A DNA stretch of 43,628 nt from NCBI GenBank assembly GCA_902797145.1, contig CADBRR010000028.1, forward strand, positions 1 to 43,628, given 5' to 3'. Positions 1 to 8,642 of this stretch are shown here, piece after piece. Each line of letters opens with the position of its first letter. The stretch's first letter is position 1. The notes below the pieces were generated by a model that saw only the letters and a list, made by a program, of their open reading frames with translations, did not search any database and had not been told where the DNA came from. The stretch comes from an uncultured Eubacteriales bacterium (lineage in GTDB: Bacteria; Bacillota; Clostridia; Christensenellales; CAG-138). Both the position numbers and the translations under genes were made by a program.

Positions 1-300
1 GATACGGTTGCAAGAATTGTAGTTGAACATGGTGATAAAAATATGTTGGCAATATCGCCAAAAAACGATATAATAGTACCTGTAAGGAAAGATGAAGGCT
101 TGAAGTTGAGTACGAGCGTTAAAATTGAACCCGATTTAGAAGCACCAATAAATAGCGATACTGTATTGGGGGAAGTAGAATTTTATGATGGCGATAGGAT
201 TATGTTGTCATGCCCACTTTATTCAATGGAGAGCATAAATAAAATTGAGGAAAGAAATTTCGGCTACTATTTCAAAGGATTGATTTCAAATTGGAATTAA
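1..300 (+). CDS. C-terminal part of a probable D-alanyl-D-alanine carboxypeptidase (DacB/DacF family, PBP5 C-terminal domain); 5'-truncated by window
   Basis: Frame open from base 1 (DTVARIVVEHGDKNM...). LEAPINSDTVLGEVEFYDG...PLYSMESI resembles the PBP5_C 'L.API..G..vG' motif, and it ends in an amphipathic helix (FGYYFKGLISNW). Position upstream of rluB is typical of dacB/dacF. Confidence 0.6.
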   Translation, partial: DTVARIVVEHGDKNMLAISPKNDIIVPVRKDEGLKLSTSVKIEPDLEAPINSDTVLGEVEFYDGDRIMLSCPLYSMESINKIEERNFGYYFKGLISNWN

Positions 301-321
301 ATGCCGATACAGGTGTTTAAT

Positions 322-1050
322 ATGCGTCTTCAAAAATTTATGGCAGAGGCAGGAATAGCTTCACGAAGAAAATGCGAAGAATTTATAAATGACGGCAAAG
401 TTAGAGTAAACGGAAATACAGCAACAATAGGATGTGTTGTTGATCCCGAAAACGATATAATTGAATATGACGGAAAAAGGATTTTAATACAAGAAAAAAA
501 GATTGTAATACTGTTTAATAAACCTAAAGGTGTTATCTGCTCAAATACAGACCCACAGGGCAGGAAAACAACGAGTGATTTTTTCCGTCAGATACCATAT
601 AGACTTTATAATATAGGAAGGCTTGATTATGATACGGAAGGGCTGCTGCTTATAACAAACGATGGCGATCTTGCGTATAAAATGATGCACCCAAGCTTTC
701 AGATAGATAAAGTCTATTATGTTGTTTGTAGCGGTAATCCAAGCGAAGATGATTTTAAAGCGCTTGAGAAAGGCGTTATGCTCGATGATGGCATGACTGC
801 GCCTGCAAAAATCGAGAATGTAAGAAAAAACGATAGAGGCAATACATCTTTTTATATAACTATCCACGAGGGCAGGAATAGGCAGGTTAGAAGAATGGTT
901 GAAAAAATAGGTTGTAAGACTTTGTTGCTTAGAAGAGTAAAGATAGGTTCAGTATCGCTTGGAAAGCTTGAACGAGGCGAGTGGCGATATCTTGATGAAC
1001 AAGAAATAGAAAAACTATATAACAGTATGCTGCATAATAGTACAAAGTAA
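322..1050 (+). CDS. rluB: 23S rRNA pseudouridine synthase (RluB/RsuA family)
   Basis: S4 domain MRLQKFMAEAGIASRRKCEE; catalytic GRLDYDTEGLLL; EGRNRQVRRM. Start moved to ATG 322 (AGGTG SD upstream). Confidence 0.9.
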   Translation: MRLQKFMAEAGIASRRKCEEFINDGKVRVNGNTATIGCVVDPENDIIEYDGKRILIQEKKIVILFNKPKGVICSNTDPQGRKTTSDFFRQIPYRLYNIGRLDYDTEGLLLITNDGDLAYKMMHPSFQIDKVYYVVCSGNPSEDDFKALEKGVMLDDGMTAPAKIENVRKNDRGNTSFYITIHEGRNRQVRRMVEKIGCKTLLLRRVKIGSVSLGKLERGEWRYLDEQEIEKLYNSMLHNSTK

Positions 1051-1079
1051 GCGAATTTGTAAAATTTTCAAAATAAAAG

Positions 1080-1108
1080 TTGAAATAATGCGGTCAATTT
1101 TGTATACT
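1080..1108 (+). promoter_or_regulatory. SigA-type promoter for plsX
   Basis: TTGAAA-17 bp-TATACT upstream of the plsX SD (GGAG 1141). Confidence 0.6.
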
Positions 1109-1152
1109 AAATTGTAGGAATTATATTTTTAAATTTACAGGAGAATATTTTA

Positions 1153-2169
1153 ATGAAAATAGTTGTTGATGCTTTCGGCGGCGATAATGCACCGAACGCA
1201 ATAATTGAAGGCACTATAATGGCAATGTCACAAAATCCTGAAATAGAAATAATATTTACAGGAATTAAAGACGTTATTGAAAAAGAGCTTGAAAAGTATA
1301 CATACGACAAATCAAAGGTCGAAATAGTCGATGCTCCGGAAATTATAACTTGTGAAGAAAAGCCAACTGTTGCCATAAAAAAGAAAAAGGAATCGTCACT
1401 TGTAAAGGCTTTGCAGATTGTTGCAGATAAGAAAGCTGATTGCTTCGTATCAGCAGGCAGTACTGGCGCAGTTCTTGCAGGTGCAACGCTTATAGTAAGG
1501 CGCATAAAAGGCGTAAAGCGTCCGGCACTTGCGCCAATCATACCAACTGTAAAGGACGATACAAAAGTTTTGCTTATAGATTGTGGCGCAAATGTAGATT
1601 GTAAACCACAGTATTTGCAGCAGTTTGCAGTTATGGGAAGCGCATATATGAAGTATGTAGAGCATACAGAAAATCCGAGAGTAGGACTTATAAATAATGG
1701 CGCAGAAGAAGAAAAAGGCAATGACCTTACAAAAACAACATACCAGTTGCTCAAAAATAGTACACCGGTAAATTTTGTTGGTAATTGCGAAGCAAGAGAA
1801 ATAAATTCAGGCGATTTTGATGTAGTCGTTTGCGATGGATTCGTCGGCAATGTTGCACTCAAGCTTATGGAAGGCGTTGCAGGAATGTTGATGAGTATGT
1901 TAAAATCGGAGCTTAAGGCTAATGTCAAGACAATGGTTGGCGCAAAATTGAGCATGGGCGCATTTAAAAATCTTAAAAAAAAGATGGATTATACAGAATA
2001 TGGCGGAGCACCGTTGCTTGGAATTGATGGCGGAATAATTAAAGCGCATGGAAGCTCAAATGCAAAAGCGTTTGCGGCTGCAATAAATCAGGCATATATG
2101 TTTACAAAAGGAAATATTGTAGAGGTTATAAGAGAAGCAATAATTGATATGGAACCCGTTGAGGATTGA
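1153..2169 (+). CDS. plsX: Phosphate acyltransferase PlsX
   Basis: VDAFGGDNAP, SAGSTGA, RPALAP, DCGAN, CDGFVGNVALK, KAHGSS motifs. Confidence 0.97.
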   Translation: MKIVVDAFGGDNAPNAIIEGTIMAMSQNPEIEIIFTGIKDVIEKELEKYTYDKSKVEIVDAPEIITCEEKPTVAIKKKKESSLVKALQIVADKKADCFVSAGSTGAVLAGATLIVRRIKGVKRPALAPIIPTVKDDTKVLLIDCGANVDCKPQYLQQFAVMGSAYMKYVEHTENPRVGLINNGAEEEKGNDLTKTTYQLLKNSTPVNFVGNCEAREINSGDFDVVVCDGFVGNVALKLMEGVAGMLMSMLKSELKANVKTMVGAKLSMGAFKNLKKKMDYTEYGGAPLLGIDGGIIKAHGSSNAKAFAAAINQAYMFTKGNIVEVIREAIIDMEPVED

Positions 2170-2194
2170 CATATTTTGATATTTGTTTTAAACT
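2166..2194 (+). promoter_or_regulatory. SigA-type promoter for acpP-rnc-smc-ftsY
   Basis: TTGACA-17 bp-TAAACT overlapping the plsX stop codon. Confidence 0.6.
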
Positions 2195-2266
2195 ATAAAC
2201 TGAATATTTCTTTATGGAATTATAAAATTATTAAAAATATTTGTATTATTGAAAGGTGGAATTATT

Positions 2267-2497
2267 ATGACTTTTGAAGAAATTCGTAAAGCTATTGCAG
2301 ATCAGCTCGGGATAGCTGAAGAAAAAGTAACAATGGATTCAAATCTTGTAGACGACCTCAATGCAGATTCACTCGATGTTGTTGAACTTATGATGGATCT
2401 TGAAGAAAACAGCGGTGTTGAGATACGTGATGAAGATCTTGTAAATATCAAGACAGTAGGCGATATAGTAAAATATATTGAAGAACATAAAGAGTAA
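2267..2497 (+). CDS. acpP: Acyl carrier protein
   Basis: Small acidic protein with [11 protein letters not shown] phosphopantetheine site; SD AGGTGG before ATG 2267. Confidence 0.96.
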   Translation: MTFEEIRKAIADQLGIAEEKVTMDSNLVDDLNADSLDVVELMMDLEENSGVEIRDEDLVNIKTVGDIVKYIEEHKE

Positions 2498-2512
2498 AAT
2501 TCGGTACTATAA

Positions 2513-2536
2513 TGCCCGCATTTTATAATGCGGGCA
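2513..2536. promoter_or_regulatory. Stem-loop between acpP and rnc (no U-tract)
   Basis: TGCCCGCATT-TTAT-AATGCGGGCA, a perfect 10-bp inverted repeat followed by A's. Confidence 0.55.
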
Positions 2537-2582
2537 AAAAGTGTATATAAGATATAAATAAACACAGGAGATAAACGGTTAA

Positions 2583-3320
2583 TTGTTTATGGATGTTAAA
2601 AGGCGAGAAAAACTTGAATATGTACAAAGCAAGATAGGTTATACCTTTGATGATATAACTTTTCTTGATATTGCGCTTACTCATACATCATATGTAAAGG
2701 GCGAGGGCAGAAGGCTTACGCATAATGAGAGAATGGAATTTTTAGGCGATGCAGTTCTTGAATTTTGTGTGAGCGAATTTCTTTATGAAAATTTCCCTGA
2801 AATGGATGAAGGGACTATGACACGAATAAGGGCATATACTGTATGTGAAAGCGCACTTTATGAAGTGTCAAAAATGTTTGGGATAGGGGAAGCACTTTTA
2901 TTAAGTCATGGCGAAGAACATTCGGGAGGTAGACGCAAGCCATCGATTTGCTCGGATGCGACAGAGGCAGTTATTGGTGCGATTTTCCTTGACGGTGGCA
3001 TAAAGAATGCAAAATCGTTTGTTTTGAGCTTTGCGACTGAGTTTGTATATAAGGCTGTTAAGATGGCGAGCACGAAGGATTATAAAACTCTTCTTCAAGA
3101 AAAGATTCAGAGTACCCATGCAGGAACATTGCATTATGAATTAAGAGGTGAAAAAGGACCGGATCATAAGAAGACTTTTATGATGGACGTTCTGCTAAAT
3201 AATGATGTTGTCGGAAGTGGTGAAGGCGGCAGCAAGCAGGAAGCAGGACAACAGGCTGCAAAAGCGGCACTTGAATTTATAAACAGGGGCGTAAACAAAG
3301 GTGAGATTAACAAAGCTTGA
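2583..3320 (+). CDS. rnc: Ribonuclease III
   Basis: NERMEFLGDAVL signature, DATEAVIGAIFLD, C-terminal dsRBD (DYKTLLQE...SKQEAGQQAA). Start is TTG 2583 or ATG 2589. Confidence 0.97.
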   Translation: MFMDVKRREKLEYVQSKIGYTFDDITFLDIALTHTSYVKGEGRRLTHNERMEFLGDAVLEFCVSEFLYENFPEMDEGTMTRIRAYTVCESALYEVSKMFGIGEALLLSHGEEHSGGRRKPSICSDATEAVIGAIFLDGGIKNAKSFVLSFATEFVYKAVKMASTKDYKTLLQEKIQSTHAGTLHYELRGEKGPDHKKTFMMDVLLNNDVVGSGEGGSKQEAGQQAAKAALEFINRGVNKGEINKA

Positions 3321-6300
3321 AATAAACGGTTTTAAATCATTTGCAAAAAAGACAGATATAAGGTTTGAAGATGGAATAACGGCTATTGTAGGACCTAACG
3401 GAAGTGGAAAGAGCAATATTGTTGATTCTATCAGGTGGGTGCTTGGCGAACAAAGCGCAAAAGCGTTAAGAGGCACGAAGATGGAAGATGTAATTTTCGA
3501 TGGCACAGAGAAGTTAAGACCACTTTCATATTGTTCTGTTACCTTGACTTTTGATAATAGTGATGGCAGATTGCCTATTGATTTTTCGGAAGTCAGTGTT
3601 ACAAGGAAAGCTTATCGATCGGGTGAAAGCGAGTATGTTCTTAATGGAAGAACTTGTAGGCTAAAAGAAATTAATGAATTGTTTCGTGATACAGGCATTG
3701 GAAAAGAAGGCTATTCTATAATTGGACAAGGTAGAGTTGACGAGATACTTTCGGATAAGTCGAATGCAAGGCGACAAGCGTTTGAAGAAGCTGCTGGCGT
3801 AATGAAATATAGAACACGAAAGGAAGAAGCTGAAAGAAAACTTGATAATACGAGAAAAAACCTTGAAAGAATAGGCGATATACTTTCAGAGCTTGAACAG
3901 CGTGTTGAACCGCTTCGTGAACAGAGTGAAAAGGCAAAACAATATCTTGTTTTTCGTGACGAATTAAGAGATCTTGACTTGAATGTTTTTCTTGTTCAGC
4001 ATGAAAAACTCAATGAAAGAATAAAAGGATATAATGAAACAATAGTCGGAATAGATAGCGATATTGCTTTTCGTGATGAAGAATTTATACAAGTTTCAAA
4101 AAAATGTGATGATGGCGAAGTGGAAGAAAGAAAACTTGTAGATGAAATAAATGGCATTCAGACAGAGCTTATTGAGATTTCATCTCAAATTCAGGAAAAG
4201 GTTGGCGAATCCAACGTTTTAAAGGAAAAAAAGAATGCCGATGAAAAGCAGATAGAAAGAATTGAATTGAGCGATAAGCAAAGCGAAGAAAAGCTTATAG
4301 AATCAATAAATGTAATCGAAGAAAATAAAAAAACACTCGATGAAAAAAAGCTTGAGCATGAAAAACTCAATACGCAGCTTAGTGATTTTGAGCAGCAGTT
4401 TAATTCTTTGAATCAAGAAATAGTAGAAAACGAAGAAATGCTTGATTTGAAGCAGAACGCTGCATACGAAGCAATGAATAGGCTTTCTGAAGCAAAAACA
4501 AATATGTCAAGGCTTGAAACAATGAAAACAGCGCTTGGCGATAGACTCAATAAAACTTTCGGGCTTATAGAAGATTCGAAACAGGAAAACAAAGAGCTTA
4601 ACGAAGAACTTGAAGACGAAAATAAAAAGCTTGAAAAAATAAAAAATGAATGCAAAGAATCTGTTTTAAAGCTTGATGAATCAAGAAAAGTTATGGATTC
4701 ATACAACGAAGAATATAAAAGTTCAGAAAGAAATACGCATATTCTTGAACAACAGCTTAATACTGAACGATCAAGAAAACGTGTTTTGACCGAGCTTAAG
4801 GATTCGTATGAAGGTTACTATTCAAGCGTAAAAAATGTTTTGCGTGATAGCAAACGTGACATGGAACTTGCAAAGCATATAGAAGGCGTTATTGCAGAAA
4901 TAATTTCTGTGCCTGATGAACTTGAATCAGCTATAGAAATGGCGCTCGGTTCTGCGATGCAAAACATTGTTACTAAAACGGAATACGATGCAAAATATGT
5001 AATCGAATATCTTCGCTCAAGGAAATATGGAAGAGCGACCTTTATGCCGCTATCTTCTATGAGTTCAAGAACTTTAAGCAGAGATGAACGAAATATAATT
5101 GCAGTAAATGGCTGTTTGGGAGTTGCAAGCGAGCTAATTGGTTATGATGAAAAGTTCAGGAATGTAATTGAAAATCTTCTTGGAAGAACAATTATAACTG
5201 AGAATCTCGATATCGGTATAGAGCTTAATAAGAAGCTTAGGTCTTCATTGAGAATTGCAACACTTAAAGGCGATATAATAAATCAAGGCGGTTCAATGAC
5301 TGGCGGTAGCCTTCAGAAGCGTGAATTTAGCATTCTTGGAAGAGAACGAGAAATCAACGAACTCAATAAGATTTGTTCGGATATTGAAAGCAAAATTTCT
5401 GCTGAAAAGAAAAAACTTGATGATATTAAGAAAAAAGCTGATTTATCATATGAACTGTTCGATAAAGCAGGCAAAGAAGTTCATGAAAACGATATTGCCG
5501 TATCGAAGCAGAGCGATAAAATAAAAGTTTTGGAAAAATATATCGCTGAAAGTGATAAAAAAATTTTAGAACTTACACTCGAAAAAGAACAGCTTGAAGA
5601 TAATTTAAAAGACGTTGAATCGCAGATAAATGAAGCTGCCAACGCAAGCGAAACAATTGAAAAGGGTAGTGATTCTTCTAAAGACGATATAAAGCTTATG
5701 CAAAAGAACTTGACGACTATGCGTGAAAGGTTGAATGGTTTGAGCAATTCTGTTTCAGAAACGAAAATAAAGCTTGTAGCGAACGAAAAGGAAATTTCAG
5801 GAATAGAAAAGGAAAATTCGAGAGTTCGTGATGAAATTGAAAATAGAAAGAATGCAAAAGCGAAAGGTATTGATGAAATATCGGAGCTTAAAAATGAGAT
5901 TGAGAACTTGAGCGTAAAGCTTGAAGCGGTAGAAAAGACTATTGCCGCTGATATGCTTGAAAAACAAAAACTCGATGATAAACTTAAAAATATTGATAAT
6001 CTCAAAAATCAGCATATTGAAAAGCTAAATAATTATCGAATAAAGCGAGATGAGCTTAACCAAGAAATCCAGCAGTTGCGTGAACGAAGACATAGAATTG
6101 AATTGAATCTAAACAAATCCGAAATGGAATTACAGCAGATGCAGGATAGAATATGGAACGATTATCAGCTTACATATGATAATATCAATCCTGTTACGAA
6201 AATTACAAGCGTTTCTGCTGCACATCTAAGAATTGATGAGCTGAAAAAGCTTATAAGGGAATTGGGTAGCGTTAATGTTGATTCTATAGAGGATTATGAA

Positions 6301-6864
6301 AATGTTAAATCGAGATATGATGAGCTGAAAAAACAAAATGATGATTTGTTGAAAGCTGAGAATGATTTGAATACACTTATAAACGAATTATCAAAGACGA
6401 TAGAAAGTGTGTTTAAGCAACAGTTCCGATTGATACAAAAGAATTTTACAGAGGTATTTACGGAATTGTTCGGTGGCGGAAGAGCAGAACTTTCGTTGAC
6501 GGATAATAACGATGTTCTTAACTGTGGCATAGAAATAACAGCGCAACCACCAGGAAAGAACTTGAAATTGTTATCTCTGTTGTCAGGCGGTGAACGTGCG
6601 CTTACAGCTATTGCACTTTTGTTTGCAATGCTGAAATTAAAACCAACAGCTTTTTGTATACTCGATGAGATAGAAACATCACTTGATGAAGTTAATGTCT
6701 CAAACTTTGCGAATTACCTGAAAGACTATTCTCAGGATACGCAGTTTATTGTAATAACACACAGAAAAGGAAGCATGGAGGTTTGTAATGCAATTTATGG
6801 CGTAGCTATGGAAGAAAAAGGTGTTTCTAAGATAATTTCAGCAAAATTTGATAATATTGCATAG
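3301..6864 (+). CDS. smc: Chromosome segregation protein SMC
   Basis: Walker A GPNGSGKSN, long coiled coils, hinge GRATFMPL, signature LSGGE, Walker B ILDEI; overlaps rnc by 20 nt. Confidence 0.98.
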   Translation: MRLTKLEINGFKSFAKKTDIRFEDGITAIVGPNGSGKSNIVDSIRWVLGEQSAKALRGTKMEDVIFDGTEKLRPLSYCSVTLTFDNSDGRLPIDFSEVSVTRKAYRSGESEYVLNGRTCRLKEINELFRDTGIGKEGYSIIGQGRVDEILSDKSNARRQAFEEAAGVMKYRTRKEEAERKLDNTRKNLERIGDILSELEQRVEPLREQSEKAKQYLVFRDELRDLDLNVFLVQHEKLNERIKGYNETIVGIDSDIAFRDEEFIQVSKKCDDGEVEERKLVDEINGIQTELIEISSQIQEKVGESNVLKEKKNADEKQIERIELSDKQSEEKLIESINVIEENKKTLDEKKLEHEKLNTQLSDFEQQFNSLNQEIVENEEMLDLKQNAAYEAMNRLSEAKTNMSRLETMKTALGDRLNKTFGLIEDSKQENKELNEELEDENKKLEKIKNECKESVLKLDESRKVMDSYNEEYKSSERNTHILEQQLNTERSRKRVLTELKDSYEGYYSSVKNVLRDSKRDMELAKHIEGVIAEIISVPDELESAIEMALGSAMQNIVTKTEYDAKYVIEYLRSRKYGRATFMPLSSMSSRTLSRDERNIIAVNGCLGVASELIGYDEKFRNVIENLLGRTIITENLDIGIELNKKLRSSLRIATLKGDIINQGGSMTGGSLQKREFSILGREREINELNKICSDIESKISAEKKKLDDIKKKADLSYELFDKAGKEVHENDIAVSKQSDKIKVLEKYIAESDKKILELTLEKEQLEDNLKDVESQINEAANASETIEKGSDSSKDDIKLMQKNLTTMRERLNGLSNSVSETKIKLVANEKEISGIEKENSRVRDEIENRKNAKAKGIDEISELKNEIENLSVKLEAVEKTIAADMLEKQKLDDKLKNIDNLKNQHIEKLNNYRIKRDELNQEIQQLRERRHRIELNLNKSEMELQQMQDRIWNDYQLTYDNINPVTKITSVSAAHLRIDELKKLIRELGSVNVDSIEDYENVKSRYDELKKQNDDLLKAENDLNTLINELSKTIESVFKQQFRLIQKNFTEVFTELFGGGRAELSLTDNNDVLNCGIEITAQPPGKNLKLLSLLSGGERALTAIALLFAMLKLKPTAFCILDEIETSLDEVNVSNFANYLKDYSQDTQFIVITHRKGSMEVCNAIYGVAMEEKGVSKIISAKFDNIA

Positions 6865-6893
6865 TACATTTTATAAAATGAAAGGAGATAATT

Positions 6894-8174
6894 ATGGCAA
6901 AGAAAGAAGGCTTTTTTTCAAAGCTGTTTTCAAAAAAGGAAAAAGAAAATAATGCACCCGTTAAAGAAACGGAAAATGTAAAAAAATCTTTTGAAGCAAC
7001 AGAAAAAGAAGAACCGATTAAAGAACTTGATGAAACAGTTGAGGAAATTGAAACTGTAACTGAAACGGTTGCAGAGCAGGAAATAGGCAACGAAAATGAA
7101 ATCAATGATGTTGAACCGATTGTTGAACAACAGGAAATTGAACCCGATGCAGGAAATGAAGCCCAGTTTGAAAACGAGCTTGAAAGTGAAATAACTTCTA
7201 ATAATGAGGTTATAGAAAATACAATCGAAGAAATTTCAGCAGAACCCGAAAACAATAACTCTGAAAAGAAAAAAGGCTTTTTTGCAAAGCTTCGTGATGG
7301 ACTTGCAAAGACAAGAAATTCAGTTGGCGGTGTGTTTGATGCGATTTTTTCAGGCGCAGGAAAACTCTCTGATGATTTTTATGATGAGCTTGAAGAGGCA
7401 ATGATTATGGCTGATATGGGCATGGAAACGACATCAAAGCTTCTTGAAAAACTTAAACAAATCGTAAAGGAAGAAAAGATGACAGAAACTGCCCAGGCAA
7501 AGCAGGTGCTTAAAAAGATTCTTGCAGATGAAATGCGTCCTGAAGATAATTTCCTTGAAAATGCCGATAAGGCAGTTATACTTATCGTTGGCGTAAATGG
7601 CGTAGGTAAAACAACATCTATCGGTAAGCTTTCAAACTATTATGTTTCAGAGGGTAAAAAACCACTTCTTGCAGCAGCGGATACATTCAGGGCAGCAGCA
7701 GCAGAACAGCTTACAGTATGGGCTGAAAGAGCTGATGTTCCGATAGTAAAACACGGGGAGGGTGCAGATCCTGCCGCAGTTGTGTTCGATGCAATAGCAT
7801 CATATAAGGCAAAAAAGAGAGATTATCTCATTTGCGATACAGCAGGCAGGCTTCATAATAAAAAGAACCTTATGGATGAACTTGCTAAAATTAGAAGAGT
7901 AATAGCAAGGGAGCTTCCGGATGTTCCTTGCGAAGTGCTCCTCGTGCTCGATGCAACAACAGGGCAGAATGCTATTGCGCAGGCTAAAACTTTCGGAGAA
8001 TCAACAGGACTTACCGGTATTATTTTAACAAAGCTTGATGGTACTGCAAAAGGCGGAGTAGTTGTTGCTGTAAAAGACGAACTCAACCTGCCCGTAAGGT
8101 TCATTGGTGTTGGCGAAGGAATAGACGATTTACAGCCGTTTGATGCAGATGCTTTTGTTGAAGCACTGTTCTAA
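6894..8174 (+). CDS. ftsY: SRP receptor FtsY with acidic N-terminal extension
   Basis: GVNGVGKTT, DTFRAAA, DTAGRL, TKLDGTAKGG; about 120-aa Glu-rich N-terminal region. Confidence 0.97.
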   Translation: MAKKEGFFSKLFSKKEKENNAPVKETENVKKSFEATEKEEPIKELDETVEEIETVTETVAEQEIGNENEINDVEPIVEQQEIEPDAGNEAQFENELESEITSNNEVIENTIEEISAEPENNNSEKKKGFFAKLRDGLAKTRNSVGGVFDAIFSGAGKLSDDFYDELEEAMIMADMGMETTSKLLEKLKQIVKEEKMTETAQAKQVLKKILADEMRPEDNFLENADKAVILIVGVNGVGKTTSIGKLSNYYVSEGKKPLLAAADTFRAAAAEQLTVWAERADVPIVKHGEGADPAAVVFDAIASYKAKKRDYLICDTAGRLHNKKNLMDELAKIRRVIARELPDVPCEVLLVLDATTGQNAIAQAKTFGESTGLTGIILTKLDGTAKGGVVVAVKDELNLPVRFIGVGEGIDDLQPFDADAFVEALF

Positions 8175-8203
8175 TAAAAAAATAAAAAATTAGCAAAAAA
8201 TGC

Positions 8204-8232
8204 TTGACATTTGCATAAAAAGCGTGTATCAT
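8204..8232 (+). promoter_or_regulatory. SigA-type promoter for the ylxM-ffh operon
   Basis: TTGACA-17 bp-TATCAT. Confidence 0.7.
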
Positions 8233-8237
8233 ATCTA

Positions 8238-8265
8238 TGGTGTAAAGGTTGTAGCCTTTACACCA
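8238..8265 (+). promoter_or_regulatory. Inverted repeat in the ylxM leader (operator or 5' hairpin)
   Basis: TGGTGTAAAGG-TTGTAG-CCTTTACACCA, perfect 11-bp arms starting at the predicted transcription start. Confidence 0.6.
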
Positions 8266-8285
8266 CCAAAAAAGTAGGTGGTTTT

Positions 8286-8642
8286 GTGGAAAAAAACGTT
8301 GAGCTTGGGGTGTTGCTTGATTATTATGGTGACTTTCTCACAGATAGGCAAAAAAAGCTCATGGAATATCATGTAGCTGATGATTTGTCGCTTGCGGAGA
8401 TTGCAGAAATGGAAAATATCTCAAGACAAGGCGTGAGGGATGCGCTTATTCGCGGTGAGCAGCAGCTCAGAGATATGGAAAAAAAGCTCGGAATTGTTGC
8501 AAAGACATTTTCTACTGTCCAAAAACTTTCGGAGATTGAGAAGCTAATTAATGATTATGATTGCTCAGATTTGTTAAAAAATGAATTAAAGGCTGTCATA
8601 AAGGAAGTAGTTGACATATGGGAGGATAATCATGGCATTTGA
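8286..8642 (+). CDS. ylxM: YlxM family HTH protein (UPF0122, SRP-associated)
   Basis: LLDYYGDFLTDRQ...DDLSLAEIAE...ISRQGVRD; located between ftsY and ffh; GTG start 8286 after AGGTGG. Confidence 0.92.
   Translation: MEKNVELGVLLDYYGDFLTDRQKKLMEYHVADDLSLAEIAEMENISRQGVRDALIRGEQQLRDMEKKLGIVAKTFSTVQKLSEIEKLINDYDCSDLLKNELKAVIKEVVDIWEDNHGI

Noticed and set aside
1107-1955. 282-aa minus-strand ORF, and the many other antisense or alternate-frame ORFs in the track (e.g. 5481-6005, 19017-19493, 22953-23507, 25837-26286)
   Set aside because: They are shadows of well-supported + strand genes: Ser/Phe/Ile-rich translations with no motifs or SD sequences.
1153-2497. plsX-acpP without fabH/fabD/fabG, suggesting fatty-acid auxotrophy
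   Set aside because: plsX-acpP-rnc with fab genes elsewhere is ordinary in Clostridia; this cannot be judged from one window.
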